Assembly: GCA_965240325.2 (NCBI GenBank)
Contig: OZ251228.1
Coordinates: forward strand, 1,488,001-1,552,000
Direction: 5' to 3'
Source of the DNA: Rebecca billardiae RCC1528
Lineage: Eukaryota > Protista > Haptophyta
Length of the DNA: 64,000 nucleotides
The first letter of the stretch is position 1. Each line of letters begins with the position of its first letter. The translations under genes and the position numbers were made by a program. Positions 43,749 through 55,896 of the stretch are shown here, piece by piece. Below the pieces are notes generated by a model, which did no database searches, was not told the DNA's origin, and saw nothing but the letters and a program-made list of their open reading frames with translations.

Positions 43749-46700
43749 GCCGCGCCGCCGGCCAAACCCGCAGGCCCCAATAACACACTCAGCTGGACTG
43801 GGAGTGCCTGCGACTCGAGCGTGGAGATGTGCGCGTGGAGCACGCGCGCGCTCGTCGCGAGCGACTCGCCGTCCACGCACAGCGCGTCGCGCACCGCGCG
43901 CAGCCGCTCGATCGCTCCGGGCGGCGGCTCGGCCACGCCGCCGCCCGCGCTATCCTCGCACCCCTCGCCCTCCGCGCCTGCGGCGCCCGCGCTCGCGGCG
44001 CCGGCGTCGGCGCCGGCGCCGACGAGCGCGTCGAAGAGCGCGGTGAGCACGCCGGACGCGTGGAGGTCGTGGACGGAGACGGGCGGCGCGGCGCCCGTGC
44101 CCAGCGCCGCGCCGAGCGCGCCCACCGCGCGCGAGAACTCGGCGGGTGGCGCGGTGGGCGTCAGCTGAGAGCGCACCGTCTCCAAGGCAGCCGCGGCCGA
44201 GGGCGTGCCCGAGGCGCCTGCGGCGGCGAGCGCGTCGGCGGCGGCGCCGATGGGCGAGCCCGCGGCCGCGCACGCGTCGGCGACGCGCGCCGCCCACGCG
44301 AGCACGTCGCCGTCGTCCGCGCCGCCCAGCCGCGCCGCCGCACTCACGGGCGACGCGACGCTGTGACCGGGTGCGGGTGGGCTGGGCGCGAGCAGCGCAG
44401 GCGCGCCTGACGACGACGACGGCGGCGCGCCATCGGCGCGGCCGGACTCGGCGTCAGCACCGGACGGCTTGCCCGGCGTGGAAGGCGCGGCGGCGGCGGC
44501 GGGCGCGGCGGGCGCGCTCACGCCGAGCACCGTCGGCGCCGGCTGCGCGCCGCGCGCGCGCGGCAGCGTCATCGGCGGCAGCGCGGGGCGCAGCGGGCTA
44601 GACCCCAGTGCTGCCGGCGAGCCGTGCTGAGCTCCGCTTGCGCTACCGCCGCTGCCGCCGCCGCCGCCGCGCGCGGCGCCGCCGGCGCTGCCGAGGGCGA
44701 GGGGCGAGGGCTGCGGCGAGGAGACGTGCGAGCCGCTGAGCAGGTGCGCCACCGAGTCGACGACGAGGTGCCGCTTCAGCTCGCGCACCGCCGCGCCGCC
44801 GCCGTGCCGCGCGAGCGCCGCGCTCAGCCGCAGCGCGCCCACGGTTGCATGCCTCGAGTCTCGCGCGTTGAGAACATCTGCGACGAAGGCGAAGAGCTGG
44901 AGCGCGGCCTCCTCGCCCGCGTCGTCGTCGAGCTCGGGCTCCGCGTCGGAGCCCTCCGCCCGCCCCTCCTCGCGCAGCGCGAGCGCCGCGCACACCGCCT
45001 CGGGCGCCGCGCTCTCGACGAAAGAGCACAGCGCGCCGAGCACGCGCGGCTGCAGCCGCGGCGTGCCCGACTGATGAGCGTGCACGAGCGCGGGCAGCAG
45101 CGCGCGCAGCACGCCGGGCTGCTCGGCGGCGCACCACTCGCCCGCGCGCGCCGAGCGCGAGCCCGACTCGTCCTCCGCCGGCGCGCCCGCGCCCTCCGAC
45201 CCGCCGCCCGCGCCGCCGCCGCCGCCCGCCGTCTCCGACAAAATCTCGAGCACGAGATCGAAGTTGCCCGCGGCCGGGTGTGCGCCTCGCGCGGCGGAGG
45301 GCGTGGAGACGGGGCCGCCGCCGACGGGCGGCGGCGGGGCGGAGAATGCGGACGGGCGGTCGGCGGCGGGCGCCGCCGCGCGCGCCGCCGCCTCCTGCTC
45401 CGCCGCCGCCTTGCGCGCCGCCGCCTCCTCGGCGGGCGTGCGGCCGCGCCGGTTGCGCGCGCGCGTGTCCGCGCCGTGCTGCAGCAGCACGCGCACCGCG
45501 TCCGCGCGCCCAAAGTAGGCGGCGAAGTGGAGCGCGGTGCCGGTGGAGATGTGCGAGGTGCTGTAGTTGACGCTGCTCGCGTGCTGCGCCAGCGTCTCGA
45601 TCACCTCCACCGACGCCGAGTACACACCCCACATCAGCATCGACTGGTGGCACTGGTCGGTCGCGTCGACGACCGGCTGGCCGCCGAGGTCGATCAGCGC
45701 GCAGACGGAGGGGTGGTCGTCGCGCTTGATCGCGTCGCGGAGGAGCTCGGCGGCCTCGGAGTCCTGCTCCGACGACGAGCCGTACGCGTGCTGCGGGATG
45801 TACTCCTCCACGCGCCGCGCCGCCGCGGCCGCGCCCTCGGCCGCGCCCGCCGAGCCGGGCGGCGGAGCGAACATCAAAGAGCTGAGCGCACGCAGGAAGC
45901 GGAGGAGCTCGCTGGCGGAGGCCTCGACGCCCTTCGAGGGCGAGGCGGTGGTGCACGACTCGCGCAGCATCGCCGCGAGCGCCGGCGCGAGCCCGCGCTG
46001 CAGGCAGCTCCGCAGCACCGCCGGCGCCGCCGAGCACAGACGCCAGAGCACGAGCAGCATGAGTGACAGAGTCGACGGCGCGGCGCGCGGCGCGGAGAGC
46101 ACGCCGATGAGCTCGGCGCTCACGTCGTCGGCGATGTGGTGCAGCGCGGCGGTGTTGCCCGAGACGCTGAGCACGCTCGTCAGCGACGTCATGCCCTGCG
46201 CGCGCGGAGCGGCGGCGCGGCGCGGCGCGCGGCGCGGCGCGCGGGGCCTGTGAGTGACCGGCGGTGGGCGCGTGGCGTGCGCGCGGCGCGAGCGCGCACC
46301 TGCAGGGCCGCGTGCTGCAGCTTGGGCCGGTCGCTGTCGCCGATCAGCCGCGAGAGCACCGGCGCCGCCTCCTCCGCGTGCGTCTCGTCCGCCGGGCACG
46401 CCGCGAGCACGCCGCGGAGCGCGACGAGCGCCGACTCAAGCACGTCCGGGGGATAGAGCGCGTCGCAGACCTCGATGAAGGGGAGGAGCTGGCCGACGGC
46501 GACGTGCGCGCCGCCCGGGACGGCGCGCGCCGCCTGCCGCCCCTCGCGCCGGCACAGCATCTCGAGCACCTTCACCGCGCACTCGGCGAGGTTGAGCGAC
46601 TCCTCAGAAGTGTCCTCGTCCGCGCCCGTGATCGTGAGCGCGTTCAGGCAGAGGGTGGCGACGTTGGAGCGGACGGCGACGCGCGAGAGGCGCGGGTCGA

Positions 46701-46941
46701 GCGAGAGGAAGTGCTTGATCGCGCGGCACGCGAGCACCGGCACCTCGGGGAAGATCTGCAGCTCGCGCCCCATGATGGCCGCCAGCGCGGGGACGTAGGA
46801 GGAGGGGTCGAACACGGCGAGCATGTCGCGGCTCTCGGCCATCGCGAGGACGGAGCAGAGCTGCTCGAGCAGCTCGAGCTGGAAGAGCACGCCCTCGTCG
46901 TCCGTCCGCTGCAGCCCAGACAGGAGCGCCGAGGGCTCCAT
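39329..46941 (-). CDS. HECT E3 ubiquitin ligase (TRIP12/UPL3/HECTD1-like) with ARM region, ankyrin repeats and ZZ zinc finger; exons 46941-46300, 46195-40244, 39918-39838, 39689-39588, 39490-39329 (~2,312 aa)
   Basis: N-terminal LEQLCSVLAMA..VLACRAI..LAECAVKVLEML; ankyrin GTALHFAAYFGRADAVRVLLQHGAD; ZZ HRGVTCDGC..IIGVRYKCAACADFDLCAVCF; HECT FAGESGSGTGVTAEFY, FVQFTTGCPHLP, LPSASTCFHVLKLPPY (catalytic Cys). Introns are phase-consistent. Confidence 0.93.
40099..40240. repeat. Intronic 27-bp tandem repeat (~5 copies)
   Basis: Unit GTGCGGTGTGTGTTGGGTGCCGCACGT inside intron 2 (39919-40243) of the HECT gene. Confidence 0.9.
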
Positions 46942-47289
46942 CGCACTCCGCCTGTTCTGAGCTGCTGCCCGCGTCCGCTCTCGTCCGCTTCTCTCGCGCG
47001 CTAGCACCCACACAGGCGCCCTTGCTGTTCTGCCGCACACCAGCAAGAGACGGCCACCCGACGAGCAAAGGCTGCGACGAAACCGAGCTTCATCGCGCAG
47101 GTGCAGACCTTCTTCGTTCGTGCATCGGATGTCGTCAGCTCCCTTCAAATACCGCTATGCCGTTCACGCGTTTCTCTAAGCTGTTCAGCGGAAGCCTGTT
47201 CTGATCGACGAGTGCGTGCGCAAGGAAAGCTGCCCCGATCTCGCCGGAGCTGACGTCCGTGTGTTCGGCCGGCGCGCGTAAGCACCACC

Positions 47290-49413
47290 ATGCTGAGCCG
47301 GCTGAGAGGCGCGCTGAAGAAGGGCCTCAGCGCGTCGAGGAAGCCCTCGAAGCAGCCCCGCCTCGCCGACATCCTCGCCGACTCTGTCAACCTGCACTTC
47401 TTTGCGCGCTACTGCGCGGCGAAGCAGTCCGCCGACGCGCTCATCGCATGGATCGAGGTGCGCAGCTCGCGCGCGGGGGGGGGCTCTCGCCCGCCACCTG
47501 CGCGTAACCGCTGGGCATCGCGCGCGCGCGCGCACCCACCCTTGCACGCGCGCGCGCGCGCAGATCGAGCAGTACAAGTCCGCGAACGCGCGGCTCTTGC
47601 GCCGGCACCGCGCGCTCAAGCTGGTCAGCGCGTACCTTGAGGACGCGGCGCGCGCGGCCGCGCTGGGCGTGGAGGAGGCGCGCGACGAGATCCTCGAGCG
47701 GTGGGGCCTCGCGCGCTCCGACCCGCCCGCCGACCTCTTCGACCGCATGCAGGCGCTCCTTGAGGCCTCCCTCGAGCGCGCGCTGCTGCCCGGCTTTGTC
47801 GGCTCCACGCACCACAAGCAGATGCTCGCGGCGGCCGGCGACTTCAACGCGGTCCTCTCGGTGAAGCACTTCGACCTGCTCAAGTTCCTCGGGGCCGGGG
47901 GGTACGGGATGGTCCTGCTCGCGCGCCACCGCACCACGCGCCGGCTCTACGCGATGAAGGTGCTGGACAAGCGCCTGCTGATCGCGCGGCGCGCAGTGTT
48001 CTCGGTCTTCCGCGAGAAGGCGACGCTCGCGCACGTGCTGCACCCGTTCGTCGTCTCGCTCAAGTACGCGCTGGAGACGGAGCACCACCTGCTGCTCGTC
48101 ACGGACTACGAGTCCGGCGGCAACATGTACAGCAACCTCGCCCGCCACGGCGCGTACCCGCTCGAGCGCGCGCGGCTGTACGCGGCGCAGATGGTCCTCG
48201 CAATCTCGCAGCTGCACGAGATCGGCGTTTTATATCGGGATATGAAGCCCGACAATATCCTGCTCGACGCGGACGGGCAGTGCAAGCTCGCGGACATGGG
48301 CGCGGCGCGCGGCGAGCTCGCGGGCGGCGAGATCGACGCCTCGCGCGACGGGCGGGACAAGACGCTCCGCGCCTCCGAGCTCCACGCGGCCGTCAGCCTC
48401 GGGCACGCGCTAGACGAGGCCGCGAGGCGCGAGGCGCAGGGCATGACCGGTCGACTCGTGCCCAAGCCGCACTCGTCGCGCATGACGATCAGCGGCACGC
48501 ACGGCTACCGCGCGCCCGAGGTGTACCTGCGCGCGTACGGCCGCCCCGCGGACTGGTGGAACCTCGGGCTACTCATCGTCGAGATGCTCACCGGCAAGGT
48601 GCGCGCGCGCGCGCGCCCTGGGGGGGCGCCGACGCGGCCGGCCGCGGCGGGCGGCGCGCTCGCGCGGCGCGGCGCGACAGCGGTCCGTGGGCGCGGGCCC
48701 ACGCGCGCCGCCGCGCGCCCTGCTTCGCGCCGCGGCCGTCACTTCAGAACCCGTACCGCGGCACCAACCGCGACGAGTCCGAGTACCTCTCGAAGAACGG
48801 CGAGCTCCGCACCGAGCGCTGGTTCGGCAAGGAGACGGACGACCTAGTTCGAGGGCTGCTGAACCGAGACGTGAGTCAGCGGCTCGGCTGCACCGCCGAG
48901 GGCGTCGACGCGATCCTGCGCCACCCCTTCTTCGCGCCCGTCGACTGGGACGACCTGCTCGACCTGGATGAGCACAGGCACGCGTACCCACGATGGCCGC
49001 AGGGCGACGTGCGCGCGCGCGCGCGCGCTCACCCCGCGCCAGCTCGCGCGGCGGGAGCGCGCGCGCGCGAGACACGCCGACCGACTGACCCGGCTGCGAC
49101 CGCCGGCCGCCGCGCCCGGCCGCGCGCCGCGCAGGCATCGGGCATGTCGCTGCGCGTGCTGCAGGCGGTCGAGCCCACGCCCGAGGCGAACCGGCTCGAC
49201 TACTACTGCGAGAGGGTCGACTACCTGCGCAAGTCGATGGCCGCGCGCAAGGCGTGGCCGCTCTCGGCGGAGGACCAGCGCGCGTTCTCCGGGTTTGCGT
49301 TTGGCTCGCTCGAGGCCGTGCGGGAGGACCTGCTGCTCGCGCGGCCGCCGGGCGCGCCGCCGAGCGCGGGCGGCCCGCCGCGCTTCACGCGCGTCGTCGG
49401 GAACTACAAGTAG
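47290..49413 (+). CDS. RGS-domain AGC Ser/Thr kinase (GRK-like architecture); exons 47290-47457, 47564-48598, 48748-49008, 49135-49413 (~580 aa)
   Basis: RGS-like LADILADSVNLHFFARYC...ALIAWIEIEQYK...DLFDRMQ..LERALLPGFVGS; kinase LGAGGYGMV, YAMK, YRDMKPDNILL, DMG, GTHGYRAPE, ADWWNLG, RLG..HPFFAPVDW; hydrophobic motif FSGFAF. Confidence 0.92.
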
Positions 49414-49685
49414 GCGCGCGGCGTGCCGCTCAGTCACGGGAGCCTTGGCGGCTGGCGTGGGCCGCGCTAGACCGTCACAATCATGTCGGGGTCGTGTCGA
49501 CCAATGATGGCGCGCCATGATTATTTTGGCGAATTGGCGGCGCTGCTGGCGCGCATCCGCCATGTTCCATGTATCCTGTGCATCCGGTCCGGCGACCACA
49601 CCGGCTTGCCACCGCTTGTCACGCCCGGGCGCGCCGACTGCTTCGCACTGCCTGGCCCTCCGCCGCCGCACGCAGAAGCATCGGC

Positions 49686-50434
49686 ATGGAGGGCTGGCTG
49701 TACAAGCGCGGCAAGGGCGCCAAGCCCTGGCTGAAGCGCTGGTTCCTGCTCGTCGACGGCCAGATCTCCTACTTCAACTCGCCCGACGACACGGCCAGCC
49801 CGCCCAAGTGGAGCACCTCGCTGTCGCCGCCGATTCACGCCAAGATTGCCGCAGACGACGCTGTGCAGCTGAGCGTGCAGGCGGGCTCAGACATCTACGT
49901 GCTGCGGGCGGAGAGCGCGCGCGACGCGCTGACGTGGTGCGACGCGTTCAACAGCATCAGCACGCACCCGCCGCCGCCCTCGGCTGCGCCGCCGCCGCCG
50001 CCGCCCGGCGCGGCTGCAGCCGCAGCCCGCGCGGCCGATGGCGGCGGCGCGGGCGGCGGCGGCGGCGGCTGCGGCTCGGCCTTCTCCTTCCTGCAGCAGT
50101 CGGCCGCGTCGCCTGGGGCCGGCGGCGCGAGCGGGAGCGAGGCGGGGATCGGCTGCTCGCCCGCGCCGTCCTCCTCGCAGGGGCTCCTCGACCTGCTCGG
50201 CAACGGCGCCAGTCCAATGACGACGACGCCGGCTGCGAGCGCGGCGGCGGGAACGCCTGGCGGTGGCGGCGGCGGCGGCGGCGGCGGCGGGCTGCTCGAT
50301 CTCGAGGGCCTCACGCTCACGTCGGGCGCGGGCCCCGCAATGCAGCCGTCCATCATGGACTCGCTCACCGGCCCCTCCGCAGCCACCGGCGCCGCGGCGC
50401 TCAGCGGTGCGCTCGCGTCCGCCCCTGAGACGCC

Positions 50435-50473
<39 letters not shown>

Positions 50474-53400
50474 AGACTCAGGCGAGAAGAAGAAGAAGAA
50501 GAAGCTGCTCGTGGCGAAGCGGCCCGGCCAGGCGGCTCGGGCGGAGGAGGACGCGTCGGCCAAGCCCGGCGTGCCGCCCGCGCCCGCGCAGCCGAGCCCT
50601 GCGCCCACGAGCGCTGCGGGCACTGTGCCTGCGGCGCCCGCGCACGGCAGTGGCGGCGGCGGTGGCGGCCTGTCAATGTTTGAGGGCATGTCGATCGGGC
50701 TGTCCGCTCCGAGCGTGAGCTCGACGCCCGACATCCCCGCCTCGGGCAGTGGCGCCTCCTTCGACCTCGCCTCGCTCGGCGGCGGCAGCGCGCTGTCAGG
50801 TCGCGGCGGCGGCGGCGCGCCGTCCGTGCACACAGCCTCGCCAGCGCTCACCCACGCGTCCGCAACGTCTGTGCCGCTGTCGACCGGTGGCGGCGGCGTG
50901 GTCGGCGGGGGGCCGAGCGACCTTGACCTGCTCGGCATGCTGGGCCCGGGCCTCACCGCGCACGCGCCCACGCCGCAGCCGCACCTCCCTGAGCCCTCGG
51001 AGCCGCCGCCGCCGCCGCCGCCGCCGCCTCTGACGGCCGTCGCGCCGCCGCCCCCTGCGCCCACCTCCGCGCCGCCGCCGCCGCCAACGGCGGAAGCGGC
51101 GGCAGCGCGCACGCCCGTGGCACTGGCGGCGTCGGCGGGTGGCGCTCACGCCGCGGAGGAGGACTCTGGCTCCAGCCTCACCGCCTCCGACGACGAGCGC
51201 GAGCCGGAGGAAGACTCGCGCGAAGCCACCGCCACCGCCACCGCCACCGCCGCCGCCGCCGCCGCGGCGGGCCGCAGCGGCGGCGGCGGCACGGCTGCCG
51301 CCCACGGCCTTGGCGGCGCGGCCGGGCGGCGCGCGGCGGCGGCGGCGCACGTGTCCGAGCCGGCGCCAGGCCTCGGCAGCAGCGCCTCGCGCGCGGACGC
51401 CGGCGGCGCGCGGGGCACGCCCGCCGAGCCCGCGCCGCCCCCGCCCGACCCCGATGACGGCACCGCCAGCATGCAAGCGGCCCGCGCGCTCAGCGCTCTG
51501 GTCACGGGCGAGCGCTCGACCGTCGGGGCGGTGCAGCAGCTGAGCGCGCGGCAGCACGCGATCGTGGTGCGGCGGCAGGCGCTGCACGCCGAGCTCGACG
51601 CGGCGAAGGGCGCGCGCGACGAGGCCACCGACGCGCAGGCCGCCGCCTCCGCCGCCGAGGATTACGAGCGCGCCGCCACGCTCGGCGCAGCGCTCGAGGA
51701 GCTCAGTGCTAGGATCGGCCGGATCGAGACCGAGCTGAAATCGCTTGACGACGAGTACGGCGCGGCGGAGGAGCGCAAGCTGCGGCTGGCGCGCGCGCAC
51801 GTGCGCGACGCGGGCGCGCGGCGCAGCGCGCTCGAGCGCTGCGCCGCCGAGCGCGCCGCGCAGCGCCAGGCCGCGGAGGCGGCTGCGGCCGCCGCCGAGC
51901 GCGCGGCGGCGGACGCGCTCGGCGGCGCGCGTGACGATGCTGGCGCCAAGCGCGCGGATGTGGAGTCGCGCGCGGCGGACATCGCGGACACGGACGCGCG
52001 GCTGGAGCGGCGGATCGCGGACGAGTCGCGCGCGGACCTGGGCCGGCGCGACGCCCTCGAGGCCGAGCGCGCCGATCTCCGCGCCGAGATCGCCGCCGTC
52101 GAGCTTAGGTTAGCTGAGCTGCGCGCGGCCGAGGCGCGCTGCGGCCGCGACGTCGCCGCGTGCGACGCGGCAGTCGAGGCGGTGCGGATCAAGTACGCGA
52201 GTAAGGTGCGCGCCGAGCGAGCGAGCGAGCGTGCGTGCGTGCGTGCGGGCGGGAGCGCGCGGGAGCCGTGCGTACGCCCGCCAGCGCCTGAAGCGCCACT
52301 CGTCCGCGCGTGCACGCGCGGCGCGTGGCCTCGCGCCGATCGCGCGCGCGCGCTCTGTGTGTGTGTGCCGCTGCGGCGCTGCGGCGCGCTAACCCTAACC
52401 CTAACTCTCTGTGTGTGCGGCTGCGGCGTGTGCCCGCGCGTGCCGCGCGCGCCCCCGCGCGCAGACCCGGCGGCTGGCGGTGAAGCGCGAGGCGCTGGCG
52501 GGCGCCCAGGCCGAGCTGGCGGACGCTGAGGCGGCCATCGGCTCGAGGGAGGCCGAGCTCGAGGCTTTGCGCGCCGCGCACGCCGCCTCGCTCGACGAGC
52601 GCGCGGCGTGGGTGGCGGAGGCGGAGGCGGCATCGCGCGACGCGTCGGCCGCGGCCGCGCGCTGGGCGGCGGTCCTCGCTGCGCTCGAAAAGGTGAGCGC
52701 GGCGCGCGCGCGCGCGCACGCCGCGGCCGCGGGCGACTCCGCCACGCTCGCGGCGCTGCGCGACAAGCTCGGCGGCTCGCGCGCCACACAGAGGGAGGCG
52801 GGAGATCGGGTTCTCGCGCTGCGCTCTGAGAGCGCGCTGCTTCGGAAGCGGGTCGACTCGGCGGAGGCGCAGCTGGTGCGCGCGGCGCGGCGCGGCGCGT
52901 GCTGCGCGGGGCGCGGCGCGCGCGCGCGCGGGGCGGGGCGCTTGCGGCCGATGGCGTGCGCGGAGGGGCGCGGCACCCGCGCGCGCGCGCGGCGCACCGC
53001 ACGCGGTCGACACGCCGAGCCCCGCTCACACGCGCCGCCCACCGCCCGCCCACCGTGCGCGCCGCGGCGCTTCGCGCTTCCGTGCATGCCTCCTCTGCGG
53101 TGTGTTTTCTCCACGTGTGCCCTCGGCCTGCTGCCTGCCGCACTCCTCCCTCAGGTGCGGCTCGAGCTGGACAAGAAGCTGGCCGCGTCCGCGCAGAAGT
53201 TCGCAGACGCGGCGCGGATCTCGGCGGAGGCGAAGGCGGTGGCGAGCGCGATCGCGGACGACAGCGCGACGATGCAGCGCCTCGCGGCGCAGGTCGACGC
53301 GCTCGCAGCGGCGCAGGTGCGCCCGCGCGCGTGTGCGCGCGTGCGCGTGCGCGTGCGCGCGCGGGTGGGGCCATGGGTGTGAGCGCGGCCGCTGAGTGGC

Positions 53401-55769
53401 CGCCTCTCGCGCCGCGGCGCGCCACCCCCACGCACGCACGCGCCCGCGCGCGCGCCCTTCCCACCCGCCCCGCGGGTGCGCCACGCCCCTCGGCCGTCCC
53501 GCGCGCGCCGCGCAGGCGGCCGAGCGCGAGCAGGAGGATGCCCTCGCCGCCGAGCTCAGCCGCGAGATTGAATCTCACGAGCGCGAGGTCGTGCGCGCGC
53601 TCGCGGAGCAGTGCGCCGCCGCGGACGAGCTGCTGCTCGACTCGGAGAGCGCCGCGGTGCTCGACGCCGCCGGCACGCAGGTGTGCGCAGCGGCGGCGGC
53701 GCGCGCGGCTTGCGCGGCTTGCGCGGCTCGCGCGGCGCGCGTGGCGAGGCCGACGCCGGTGGCGGCGGCGCGGGCGCCGAGCCGTGCCGCGTGGCGCGCC
53801 CGTGCCCGCCTGAGCGCGCGCGCCGCGCGCCCCCGCGCGCCCGCGCCCGCAGGCCGCGCTGCTCCGGGCGGAGAAGGACGAGGCGGAGGCGCAAATCGAT
53901 GCCATCTGCGACCGGCACGGCTGGGCGCGCGGCGGCGCGCTCGGCCGCGCGGCCGAGCTGAGCCGCGAGGGTTCAGGGAGCGGCGGCGCGGCTCTGATTG
54001 ACGGGCTGAGCGGAGGCGAGGGCGCGGGCGCCGGCGTGGGCGCGCCGCCGCGTGCGCACGCGCCCGACGCCGCGCCGGAGCTGCCGGAGGGCGGCGCGTC
54101 CGCTCTGCCGACGAGCCAGCCGCCGCCCGGCGCGCCGGTCTCGGCTCGCGGGCCAGGCGCTCCGCTCCCGGCGGGCGGCGGCACACCGCCGGCGCCGCCG
54201 CTCCCACGCACGGCGCCACTGCCGGTTGGTGAGATGTCGGGCTCGGAGCTGACGGACGAGAGCGACGACGGCGACGATCGCACGCGCGGCGGGGTCGGCG
54301 CCGGCGCCGAGGGCGGCGGTGCGCCGCCGCCCGCCGACGGTGATGATGCGCGCGGCGCAGCGGCCGTGGCGGCGGGTGGCGCGGGCGCGGACAGGACGGG
54401 CGCGGCCTTGCACCTCGACGGCACGCTGCCGGCTGAGAGCAAGAGCGCGTGTGCGGCGCTCGACGGCGTGGGCGGTACACACGAGGACGAGGGCAGCGTG
54501 GGCCCCGTGTCGCTCGTCGAGAGCTCAGCCGACGCTGACGCCGAGCTGCGCGCACACCTCAGCGCGGCAGCCGCCGAGCCAGCGAGCCACGCGCCGCCGC
54601 CCGCGCTGCCGCCTGAGCTGGAGCCGCCGCCTGACCTGCCGGGGGGTCAGCACGGCGGCCATGCTGACCTGCCGGGGGGTCAGCATGGCGGCCATGGCGG
54701 CGGCGGCGCTGCCTCCGCCGAGGCGGAGCTCACGCCCAACGGCGCCGGCGACGCCACTCTCGGCGCGCACGCACTCGCCTCCGACGTGGCACCCCTGAGC
54801 CCGTCGCCACCGAGCAGCGCCACCCAGGGACAGCCTGGACAGGCCGCGCCGCCGGAGCCACCCGCGCCGCCGGCCGCGCGGCCCGCGGGGGTTGAGGGCT
54901 CGGACGACAGCGAGGACAGTGCGGCGGACACCGAGGACGGCGACGACCCGGCGGGGCGCGCGGCGGCCGCGGCGCTGGATGAGGCGCGCGGCGCGGCGGC
55001 CGCGCCGCAGCGCACCGCGGCCGAGGGCACGCCGAGCGCGAGCGCCGCCGGTGCCGGCGGAAGCGCAGACACGCATCAGGCGGACACGCGCGCTACCGGC
55101 TCTGCTGCCGACGTTGGGGGCGACGCCGGCGCGGTCGCTGCGGCTGCGGCTGAGGATGGCGCGCACGACGGCGACAGGGGCGAGGGCGAGGGCGCACACG
55201 CCGTCGAGCACGACAGCGGCATGCCTGGCCAACCCCACGCGCTCGACCAGCCATCGGCCACCGAGGCTGCCGCGGTGGCGCGCGAGCACGGCGCGGTCGC
55301 GGCCGACGCGGAGCACGCGGCACCCGGCTCCCCGCCTCGGCATCCGCCGCCCTCGGCACCCGTGCCCTCGGCCGTTGCCGTGCAGCCTGCCGAGCGCGCC
55401 GCGTGTGCGGATGTGCGCTCAGAAGCGACGGTGCCTTCCGCGCCCGCGCCCGCGCAGCCGCCCGACGACGACGCGAGCGCAGCGGTGGCAGCATCCGAGG
55501 CGCGCGCCGAGTCGCCACAGGCCCAGCCGCATGCGTCCGTGCCCACGACCTACTCCGCACCGGAGGAGCACCTGGAGGGCTCGGCCGTCGAGCTGGCCGC
55601 CGACCCGACACCGCCAGAGGCGGACGCGGACCCGGCCACGGACCTGCGCGCGCAGATCGAGGCGCTCGAGGACGAGATGCAGGACAGGGTGGACGCGGAC
55701 GATCTTGAGGGCGCCGCGCTCATCGACGAGCAGCTCGAGGGGCTGCGAGCTCAGCTCGACGCGCTCTGA
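49686..55769 (+). CDS. PH-domain, low-complexity and coiled-coil protein with UVR-like motifs; exons 49686-52205, 52465-52875, 53155-53316, 53516-53680, 53853-55769 (~1,724 aa)
   Basis: PH: MEGWLYKRG..PWLKRWFLL..ISYF...YVLRAES..DALTWCDAF. UVR-like AASAAEDYERAATL, KKLAASAQKFADAARISAEAK and C-terminal EMQDRVDADDLEGAALIDEQL. Four phase-0 GT..AG introns. Confidence 0.85.
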
Positions 55770-55785
55770 TGACGATAGAGATAGA

Positions 55786-55845
55786 TCTCTCTCGATCTCT
55801 CGATCTCTCTCTCTCTCATCTCTCTCTCTCTCTCTCTCTCTAGAT

Positions 55846-55892
<47 letters not shown>
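55786..55892. repeat. (CT)n followed by (GA)n compound microsatellite
   Basis: Directly visible; the two halves are mutually complementary. Confidence 0.9.

Positions 55893-55896
<4 letters not shown>

Noticed and set aside
54631-54696. 33-bp direct repeat with an internal CTGACC..GGTCAG hairpin
   Set aside because: In-frame duplication (DLPGGQHGGH twice) in a disordered protein region; no evidence of a separate function.
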